From Veleropilina oligotropha (lineage: Eukaryota), in NCBI GenBank assembly GCA_048128005.1, contig JBEUKZ010000050.1, positions 1-64,000 of the forward strand: a stretch of DNA of 64,000 nt, given 5' to 3'. A program made the translations under genes and the position numbers. Every line of letters begins with the position of its first letter. Position 1 is the stretch's first letter. Below are positions 27,601 to 39,600 of the stretch, piece by piece. Under the pieces are notes generated by a model. It saw only the letters and a list, made by a program, of their open reading frames with translations, had not been told where the DNA came from and did no database searches.

Positions 27601-30600
27601 GTACTTCTACATGATACTATAATGAATACCACATGTACTTCTACATGATACTATAATGAATACCACATGTACTTCTACATGATACTATAATGAATACCAC
27701 ATGTACTTCTACATGATACTATAATGAATACCACATGTACTTCTACATGATACTATAATGAATACCACATGTACTTCAACATGATACTATAATGAATACC
27801 ACATGTACTTCTACATGTTACTATAATGAATACCACATGTACTTCTACATGATACTATAATGAATACCACATGTACTTCTACATGATACTATAATGAATA
27901 CCACATGCACTTCTACATGATACTATAATGAATACCACATGTACTTCTACATGATACTATAATGAATACCACATGTACTTCTACATGCTACTATAATGAA
28001 TACCACATGTACTTCAACATGATACTATAATGAATACCACATGTACTTCTACATGATACTATAATGAATACCACATGTACTTCTACATGATACTATAATG
28101 AATACCACATGTACTTCTACATGATACTATAATGAATACCACATGTACTTCTACATGACACTATAATGAATACCACATGTACTTCTACACACTAAAGCGG
28201 CGCTGCGCTGTATATTGTATTACTGCACATTGTATATTTAAAAAATTGAATAGAATATAATAGCTATGTAAAAGTTTACTAAAATGTAGACTTCTGAGAA
28301 TGGAATTATCACATTAATTTTGTACCTTATAAACGGCCTCCAGGCCGGAGCAGTCATCGTACCCAATGCAGATAATCGTGGCCATGCGCCGATCGAGATC
28401 ACCGATTCGGTCCAAAAAGTTATGGTAATCGATTATGAAATCCTGAAATAAAATAATGATGTGTTATAATATATATCTATATATATATATATATGAATAA
28501 AGATGCAATTATCAAATTCAAAGATCTGTGACCGACGGTCGAGGCTATCATAGGACTCCCATATGTACTCCTCACAGGTACTGACCTGAATGGTTGGGTC
28601 GAGGCTGTCAGGACTCGCATGTGTACTCCTCTCGGGTACTGACCTGAATGGTTGGGTCGAGGCTGTCATAGGACTCGAATGTGTACTCATCACGGGTACT
28701 GACCTGAATGGTTGGGTCGAGGCTGTCATATAGGACTTGAATGTGTACTTCTCATGGGTACTGACCAGAATGGTTGGGTCGAGGCTGTCACATAGGACTT
28801 GAATGTGCACTCCTCTTGAGTACTGACCAGAATGGTTGGGTCAAAGCTGTCATAGGACTCGAATGTGTACTCCTCTTGAGTACTGACCAGAATGGTTGGG
28901 TCAAAGCTGTCATAGGACTCGAATGTGTACTACTCAAGGGTACTGACCTGAATGGTTGGGTCGAGGCTGTCATAGGACTCGAATGTATACTCCTCACGGG
29001 TACTGACCTGAATGGTTGGATCGAGGCTGTCGTAGGACATCTCTGGAAACACCTTGTACTCAACTGAATAGTTGGGTCGTGGCTGTCGTAGGACTTCTCG
29101 GTGAACACCTTGTACTGACCTGAATGGTTGGGTCGAGGCTCTCGATGGACTTCTCTGTATACACCTTATACTCACCTGAATGGTTGGGTCGAGGCTGTCG
29201 TAGGACTTCTCGGTGAACACCTTGTACTGCTCGTTGAACTCCTCGTAGATCTGCACAACTTGCTGGCTCAGCATTTTCCCCTTGATGCCTCCTAACTCCA
29301 CCTTCTCCAGTTTCATAAACTCCAACGCTGTCTCCATCAACTCCTGGAATCACAATAAACCAGCACTTGATATACGACCATATGACAATAAACCTATTAT
29401 GACAATATTTTAACAATATTTCAACTTAGTGTCTGCAGTCAGAACCTTGATTAACTTCTTTCTTCGAGACTGGTAACATTTTTATGACATTTCTTCTATT
29501 AGATTCAAGAGTTAGAATAAACCACGCCAGAAGGGAGAGAATTAAACCTGCTCTAACAGATGAACTATCCAGAACTGCTTTTTCAGAAGCATACAATTTA
29601 TTTTTGTGTACCATTATAGAACACAAGTTTGCTCAGAAATGAAAGAGGTTATCACATTTAATATTAAAAGTTTGGAAGTTCTATTCCATATAGTGATGTT
29701 CCGATTAATCGACTTCGTCGACGTCTAGTCGTTGAATTTAAAAGTCGACTAATCGACTACTATATTCTGTGATCGATCATGCTTCGACTAATGATTCAAT
29801 TATTTCATTTAATTAGTATATTATATTCACAATGACATGCAATCCTTTCGTTAGTTACTATAGTACCTGAGTATACTATACCATCCCTTTATTAGTTTAA
29901 GTTACGTAGTTAAGTTAGTGTTAGATTCATTCTATAAACCGTGTGACTGAAAATTGTTGCCTCCAGAGACTTGAAATTAAACGCAATCATTGATTGGAGC
30001 TAAATCAGCTAATATATTGACTAGACTCATGTCGACCAATCATATTGCGCGATACAAACTGATGCGACTGCTTTGGAAAAATGGCTGCCAAATGAGACAA
30101 TGTCCAGACTTGATATAAAACGCAATCATTGGATCGAATAGACTCATATCGACCAATCATATTGCGCGATACAAACTGATGCGATCGCTTTGGAAAAATG
30201 GCTGACAATGAGAGCATGGAAGTTTCTGACTTGTTCGACCATCCAGGGTCATCTCGGTCCTTTCCATATGGACATATCTAGCTAGACATATCCTAATAAG
30301 GCATCAGATGACATATTTAATTATATATGATAATAAACCCCATATTTAAGAAAGAAACCAATTCAAGACATAAATGGTTTGGTATTTTTTTATTATTGCT
30401 TGTTTTCTTATGGCATCCATATGATCGATCATTAATCGATCATCGGTCAGATGACTGAAGTGATGATCGATCATGAAATATGAAGTGATTCCCATCACTA
30501 AATTTCCATAACACTAGATACGTAACCTTCAAGAAGATTTGTGAAATTCATGCAGTCATAAACATATCTACTCACATTTATACTGTATTTTACTAAAAAA

Positions 30601-33600
30601 ACTACTAACTAACATATAATACCTTCACTGTCTCAACTCGAGAAACGAATTTGTCAAAGCGAGCAAACACTAGCTGAGGTGCGAACTCCCACTCCCTCGG
30701 CTCGCCCTCCTTGAAGTAGGTCTTGAGGTTGGTTTTGTGCTCCTCGTAGGTTTGTCTGAAGTGCCTCAGGACATCGGAAGCAACGGTCACTTTGTCCAGC
30801 GCTTCTTCTACCTCGCATTTGAAAAGCTCGCTTGGCTCGAGAAAAGTACGACACTGAAAGAGACATGATCTTTGAATGGGTAATTATTACCAGCTTTAAC
30901 TTGAGAGAAACACGACTTTGAATGTCCTTTTTATAATTAATTGCAGTGTTGACTGTTAATTATATAGGCAGTTGGTTCGGTCACAATAATTAATACATTT
31001 AACAAAAAATATGACCACAAATTATCGACACTACCTGATTATTCATCAGGACCGTTTTACATTCAAATTATAAGTTGCCTTGGGGAATGAAGAGGTCTAG
31101 AAGAACAGTGACACATTATTGAACAATTTTAAACAAAGTTAATTGTTAAAGACCGATTAATTAATCAATTCAACCAGTATAATTCGGTTGTCCAACCGGG
31201 TTTGTTGGCAAGAATTATCCTATTAAACTATTTGAAATCTACGTATGGATGCTAGCCTAATATTGTATGAAACCACACAAGCAACCATCCCACCATTACA
31301 CACTGTCACTCACAATGACATTGGGTCGAAACACAACATCTAGAATGAGGCCACGATAAGACTCACCATGTCGGTCAACATGTTACAGATCTCCTGCAGA
31401 AGGATGATGATGCGGGCAGGCGTGTTATAATACTTGGAGTTGGCCCACACGAGACAGACCATGTGCATCAGAGGGGCAAGCAGCTTCTTAGCGTCACCGA
31501 ACTCGGCAGTTTCCAGATCCTCGAAGTAGTTCTTCAACGGCTTCAGGTACATGTTGATGTCCTGCGCTTCGGTCAAAGCTGGAGAAGACGACGAGTTGAC
31601 AGTTAGGAAAATCATAGTATCGGCGAAGTAATGCCACTGTTTAGCCCCGATCCCATATTACATAATCTCTATGGGCCGTATTCAGAAACGCCACTTTCCC
31701 TCAAAGTGGGACTTTCAGCATGAAAGGGTCACTTAAACTATTCAAGAACATTTATGTAAGTTTAACTTTTCGGATAGTTGAAGTATCAACTTTCCAAAGT
31801 GGTTAATCCCAAGTGATACTTACAATGCATTTCTTAAATGCCACTTACAGCAAAGCGAACCTTTAAAAACAGGGAAAAGTGTTACTTTTTAAAGTGTGAT
31901 CATAACCACACTTTCCTGACTAAAGTGCCACTTTTGAAGGAAAATGTATAACTGAAAATGACTACACACAATCCGTATCGTTGAATCGATACATCCTACC
32001 AGAAATATAGAAGCCAATAATATCGGAAATGAATTCGAAATGTGACACGCTGCTGAATATTTACAAAAATATCGTTTTTCAAAGGAAACATTTATGCATA
32101 TTTTTCTTTTCAAAATACGAGTTTGTTCATCAACAAGTATGGTAATAATTTTCTTCTCGATAGTAGAAACAATACTTTCTCGTTTTTTCTTTATTTCTAT
32201 GAACAGTTATTGACTTTAAAGGTATGCATGCGCAAATGGTCTATGTCAACATGCATTCGAAAAACCAATCAGCACAGCATATTTTGCATCATCGTTATGG
32301 GATATCTATTGTTATAATTTGTAACTAGGTCGGGCCTTTCGTGATCTTAGGGCCTACGACCAGAGAGTGACACTCTACTTGTCACTTTGTTTGGCAAGGG
32401 GCACTTTCTGAACGGAGAGCAAAGTATCGTTCTTGAAATGTATTCTGGTAAAGTTGAACTTTTCTTTAAAAGTGCTACTACGGAAAGTGGAAGGAAAGTT
32501 TAAATTTGAGGGACGTTTCTGAATACGGTCCTATATCTTTCAGTACAGGTAAGAGATGTCGATGAAAACAAAAACAGTATATGACCAATGTGCCTTCCAG
32601 AAAACGGCTGCATGTGCTCTAGTCTATATTGAAAACAGCTGCATGTGCTCTAGTCTATATTGAAAATGGCTGCATGTGCTCTAGTCTATATTGAAAACGG
32701 CTGCATGTGCTCTAGTCTATATTGAAAACAGCTGCATGTGCCCTAGTCTATATTGAAAACGGCTGCATGTGCTCTAGTCTATATTGAAAATGGCTGCATG
32801 TGACCTAATCTATATTGAAAACGGCTGCATGTGCTCTAGTCTATATTGAAAACGGCTGCATGTGCTCTAGTCTATATTGAAAACAGCTGCATGTGCCCTA
32901 GTCTATATTGAAAACGGCTGCATGTGCCCTAGTCTATATTGAAAATGGCTGCATGTGCTCTAGTCTATATTGAAAACAGCTGCATGTGCTCTAGTCTATA
33001 TTGAAAACGGCTGCATGTGCCCTAGTCTATATTGAAAACGGCTGCATGTGCTCTAGTCTATATTGAAAATGGCTGCATGTGCCCTAGTCTATATTGAAAA
33101 CGGCTGCATGTGCTCTAGTCTATATTGAAAACGGCTGCATGTGCTCTAGTCTATATTGAAAACGGCTGCATGTGCTCGAGTCTATATGTAAAACGGCTGC
33201 ATGTGCTCTAGTCTATATTGAAAATGGCTGCATGTGCTCTAGTCTATATTGAAAACAGCTGCATGTGCCCTAGTCTATATTGAAAACGGCTGCATGTGCC
33301 CTAGTCTATATTGAAAATGGCTGCATGTGCTCTAGTCTATATTGAAAACAGCTGCATGTGCTCTAGTCTATATTGAAAACGGCTGCATGTGCCCTAGTCT
33401 ATATTGAAAATGGCTGCATGTGCTCTAGTCTATATTGAAAACAGCTGCATGTGCTCTAGTCTATATTGAAAATGGCTGCATGTGCTCTAGTCTATATTGA
33501 AAACGGCTGCATGTGCTCTAGTCTATATTGAAAACGGCTGCATGTGCTCTAGTCTATATTGAAAACGGCTGCATGTGCTCTAGTCTATATTGAAAACGGC

Positions 33601-36600
33601 TGCATGTGCTCTAGTCTATATTGAAAATGGCTGCATGTGCTCTAGTCTATATTGAAAACGGCTGCATGTGCTCTAGTCTATATTGAAAACGGCTGCATGT
33701 GCTCTAGTCTATATTGAAAACAGCTGCATGTGCTCTAGTCTATATTGAAAACGGCTGCATGTGCTCTAGTCTATATTGAAAACGGCTGCATGTGCCCTAG
33801 TCTATATTGAAAACGGCTGCATGTGCTCTAGTCTATATTGAAAATGGCTGCATGTGCCCTAGTCTATATTGAAAACAGCTGCATGTGCTCTAGTCTATAT
33901 TGAAAACGGCTGCATGTGCTCTAGTCTATATTGAAAACAGCTGCATGTGCTCTAGTCTATATTGAAAACGGCTGCATGTGCTCTAGTCTATATTGAAAAC
34001 GGCTGCATGTGCTCTAGTCTATATTGAAAATGGCTGCATGTGCTCTAGTCTATATTGAAAATGGCTGCATGTGCTCTAGTCTATATTGAAAACGGCTGCA
34101 TGTGCCCTAGTCTATATTGAAAACGGCTGCATGTGCTCTAGTCTATATTGAAAATGGCTGCATGTGCTCTAGTCTATATTGAAAACAGCTGCATGTGCTC
34201 TAGTCTATATTGAAAACGGCTGCATGTGCTCTAGTCTATATTGAAAACAGCTGCATGTGCCCTAGTCTATATGGAAAACGGCTGCATGTGTTCTAGTCTA
34301 TATTGAAAATGGCTGCATGTGCCCTAGTCTATATTGAAAACGGCTGCATGTGCTCTAGTCTATATTGAAAACGGCTGCATGTGCTCTAGTCTATATTGAA
34401 AATGGCTGCATGTGCTCTAGTCTATATTGAAAACGGCTGCATGTGCTCTAGTCTATATTGAAAACGGCTGCATGTGCTCTAGTCTATATTGAAAACGGCT
34501 GCATGTGCTCTAGTCTATATTGAAAACGGCTGCATGTGCTCTAGTCTATATTGAAAACGGCTGCATGTGCTCTAGTCTATATTGAAAATGGCTGCATGTG
34601 CCCTAGTCTATATTGAAAACGGCTGCATGTGCTCTAGTCTATATTGAAAACGGCTGCATGTGCCCTAGTCTATATTGAAAACGGCTGCATGTGCTCTAGT
34701 CTATATTGAAAACGGCTGCATGTGCTCTAGTCTATATTGAAAACGGCTGCATGTGCTCTAGTCTATATTGAAAACGGCTGCATGTGCTCTAGTCTATATT
34801 GAAAACAGCTGCATGTGCCCTAGTCTATATGGAAAATGGCTGCATGTGCTCTAGTCTATATTGAAAATGGCTGCATGTGCTCTAGTCTATATTGAAAACG
34901 GCTGCATGTGCCCTAGTCTATATTGAAAACGGCTGCATGTGCCCTAGTCTATATTGAAAACGGCTGCATGTGCTCTAGTCTATATTGAAAACGGCTGCAT
35001 GTGCTCTAGTCTATATTGAAAACGGCTGCATGTGCTCTAGTCTATATTGAAAATGGCTGCATGTGCCCTAGTCTATATTGAAAACGGCTGCATGTGCTCT
35101 AGTCTATATTGAAAACGGCTGCATGTGCCCTAGTCTATATTGAAAACGGCTGCATGTGCTCTAGTCTATATTGAAAACGGCTGCATGTGCTCTAGTCTAT
35201 ATTGAAAACGGCTGCATGTGCTCTAGTCTATATTGAAAACGGCTGCATGTGCTCTAGTCTATATTGAAAACAGCTGCATGTGCCCTAGTCTATATGGAAA
35301 ATGGCTGCATGTGCTCTAGTCTATATTGAAAATGGCTGCATGTGCTCTAGTCTATATTGAAAACGGCTGCATGTGCCCTAGTCTATATTGAAAACGGCTG
35401 CATGTGCTCTAGTCTATATTGAAAATGGCTGCATGTGCTCTAGTCTATATTGAAAACGGCTGCATGTGCTCTAGTCTATATTGAAAACGGCTGCATGTGC
35501 TCGAGTCTATATGTAAAACGGCTACATGTGCTCTAATCTATATTGAAAACGGCTGCATGTGCTCTAGTCTATATTGAAAACGATTATGACTGTCTTTTCA
35601 CCGGGAGTGATTTGTAAAATGGTGTCATTTGAAGGAATTGCTTTGCCATTTCATTATTTTTATGTCTTGACCTTTTTGTAAAAAAGGACAAGACATTATC
35701 AAATGGTCCGTGTGTATATACTTATATACTTATATATATATATATATATATATATCCGTCGATTTATTTGAAAACTACCCGCTCAATTTTCACCAAAATT
35801 GGTACACACATTCCCAAGAGTATTTGTAGGTCGTGTATATAACTTTCGCGACACAATTTTGCAAAAATATGCATTTATTGAGTTCTTTTATCCATATTTG
35901 TATATAACGGATGTCTAATATTGCAAGCAAATGGCAATGACGTCATTACGACGTCGCCTTTGATTAATCGTCATTTGGTGACGTCACAATCGACGGGGTA
36001 GTAAATTAAGCCATGAAGTACTTGCACTTAGCCATTGTATTAACTGTTATGAAAATTTGAGGGAAATAAAGAAAGGTCAAGACATATTTCGAACGCGTCG
36101 TTCTTGTTATTACTACTTCACCTGCAAATGCACAAATTTTGCAGCACATGACTATATATGAAGAAGACAATTTTTCAAATAATTAAACAGGCAAAGTAAA
36201 TCACATTATTCTACGTCTTATGGCTTAGCCTGTATTGTTTCTGTTTTTGGCTATTGACAAGAATCTACATATCCATACTTTTGTTTGCACACTATTTAAA
36301 GCACCTAACTTTGAATTTCAGAAAAAATTATAACTTTATAACTTTCCTAATCTAGAATTTTCATACACCTTCAATTATTTCAAATTTATTCTTGGCTTCA
36401 TTGTACTTATTTTATTGATGCCATGCATGCTGTATTTTGGAAGTCGACCAATTAATAATTATAATCACTGAAGTATATGGCAAAAGTTATTAATAAATAA
36501 TTGGATGTAAACATATTTGCGTGTTCTAGAAAACAGTTTCCCATACTTCTTGAAATCAATATTTAGCAAGACAATTGGTCATTACCTGTTTCAATTAATT

Positions 36601-39600
36601 AGTTGCAACATTGGCACACTACCAATTTAAATATTTAATTAATGTCTCTGTGTGCAAAAATCTTTATTTCTGACTATAAAATCATTTTAATGTTCACAAA
36701 ATTAATTATCACACAGGGCACATACAAGTTTTTCAAGTACCTGCAACAACATCGCGGAATATGTTCTTGAAGGACGGAAAGTAGCTGCTGTTGGTTCTCT
36801 CCAGCAGCTCCGCCATCTTGCGGACCTTTGGATCCCTCAGCTGCAATGAATAATTAAAGCAATAATAGTGCCGTCTGCAAAAACAAAGAGAAATGCATTA
36901 TTAACAAGTCTGGTGATTGGTTTTGAATTGCCAATGAATGTTTACTTTGACCTTGGTGACCATTGCATGTTGTAAATCTAGTTATTGTCAGGCTTGGCAA
37001 GATTAATTAGTTTCGGTGCAAATATATAATTAACTTATGACTATCAATATGTGTAATCACACACACATACATTTACAGATTTTGGAGAACAATTGCTTAA
37101 GCTTATCAATATATGACTAAATAGTGTCTTGTATTTCAGACATGAATTTCAATGTACAAATTAATATAATAATAAACTATATATTAATATATATATGTAT
37201 ATTTCGATACGAGGGTTGATCGGCCGTATTGCAGTGGCAATTCTGTAATCTTTGAATTATTAATACCACTTGCAGACCTAGCGCTGCGAGTCATACCAAA
37301 ACAGCTTTCATTACTTACTTGTTCGTAAATGCATTCCAGATTCTGTGCTTTATTCTGCCAGAACCCTAGCTCCACAAAAGGGGTTGGATTGTGCCCCTCA
37401 AGGAGCAGCTGGGCAGAGTCTCTCTTCAGAACATCTCGAATCTGATGTGTCCACTGAATAATCACAGACTCAATGGCGTGCACCAGAGTACGGTCGTAGG
37501 TTTCAGGTCTGAAAAGCAAAGGGGAGAAGAATTACGAAACATCAAATTGCATTCAGTCATTATTATATATGTCAATGAAGGGTTCTCCCCGGATTAATAT
37601 TATAAGGCGGGGGCATTATGTGGCGGAGGGGTCGCTTGTATGTATGTATGTATGCCTGTATATGTATGGCGGATCCGGCACCTTATAAGTGCCTCGGGAG
37701 AACACTGCAATGATATGGATACTAATAGGCGAGTACGTGTGATTCTGCATATACCTTGGCACTAATATAAAGAGACACAGAAGCATCTACTAGTATATGC
37801 CAAATTCACAAGCTAATATATAGCGCAAATAGTTATATTTATTGAGATCTAGTGTTTAATAATTTCAATTTCATTCATTTCACTTATAAGCCATAATGAA
37901 CAAATACTCCATAATTGCATACAAATAACAAAATCAAATCAGCTGTTTAAGTCTTTTTCTGATCAAATGTCTTGTCTTCAATACTCACTTCTCATCCTCT
38001 GCAATATAGTCGATTCTCTCGGACCCCACAGGCAGGGGTAGGAGGGTCTTGCCCTTCACCTGTCCAGCCACTACGTACACGTTGCTTTTCAGACTGTGAA
38101 CGTGGCGTGTGATGTCTTGAGAAACAACGTGTGGCCACTGGTCATGATTTCGATCATTGGAGAGCAAAGGCACCAAAACCTACAATATCGGGACAGAAAT
38201 GTATATTAATTATCATATATTTAATATTTTTTAAGAGTGCACCACCATCGTCATATGCATAGGAATGACTGCATGTTATGGTTTTGCACAAATAAATTCA
38301 AAATCTTGATTGATGTCTATATTTAACTTGTGAACAGTTTTTAAAAGCTATTATAATTATTAGAGAAAATATTGTTAGCTCAAAGCTTTAAAGAGACTAT
38401 TGCCCGTAAATGCGCTCTTTTCGTGACTGTGTAGCATGACTGACCATCTTATATAGCATGGTTCGTGCAGATTGATACAAATTTTGCGAAAATATGATCG
38501 ATATATGATCAAATGATAGAATTTTATTGTAATTATTATTCAAGTTTATTTTTGAACATGAGCTATAAATATGTACAATTGAACTGTAACGATGTAATGA
38601 ATGTGAGTAAATGTGTGAATATATAACAGGGTTTATTTAAGATTAATAATTTGTCAAAAGTCTTCAGCCAATTGTCAATAACTTACATCAAACTATTGCT
38701 CCCACTAAAGTGCAGGGAAATTTTATTAAATAATTTTTCATGCTTATCATAATAGCAAAATTTTTCTCTTGATTTTCTGATGCTCTTTTTACCAACTTAT
38801 AGTTTGAAGAATGCCTAAAATTTAAAAATGATAGCAATACAAAGCAACAAAGTCACAGTGGTGAAAACGGTTCATAAATATTAGTAAAATACATCGCATT
38901 TGCACTCTCAGAATGCAGGAGAGATGGTGTGGTATTAAAATGACCCTGCAGGGGAGTGGATACACTACGCGATTTTGAATATAATAATTAGAAAGTGTCT
39001 ATAGAACCGGATCCGGTTCCCGACTTTATAAAATTAAAGAACCGGACCACCGCCACTTATTGGTCAAATATGTCACGTGCTAACTGTTCGATTCCAACAT
39101 GGCTGCAGTTGCGTGTTGGCTTAAATTATAGTAATACAAATGAATGCCCGATCAGGGCTTGAAGCCGCGTCATGGGCAAATATATAAGACATGGAGGTTT
39201 TAGTAGTTTTCTACACAAGACAATGTATATAAGATGGGCAGAATTCGGGCCGCAGGCCTAAAGAAGAAAAAACTCGTCCTGATTAATAACACTATAACAC
39301 GTATACCTCCGTCTGAAAGCGCGTGACACGTGACATATTTGACCAATAAGTGGCGGTCCGGTTCTTTAGTTTTAGAAAGTCGGAAGCCGGATCCGGTTCT
39401 ATAGACACTTCCTAATAATTATATAATAATGCCATTTAAAAATATATCATAACCTGCAAACAACTATTTGCATGCCTGTGAGTAGTGTTTCATTGGGGGT
39501 CACGCATGCGCAGTAGGGGGGATGCACTATCTCACGGGAAGGGTCATTTTAATACCACAACGGTTTCACACTCTGAATTATCAAAAATTTTACTTCGCAG

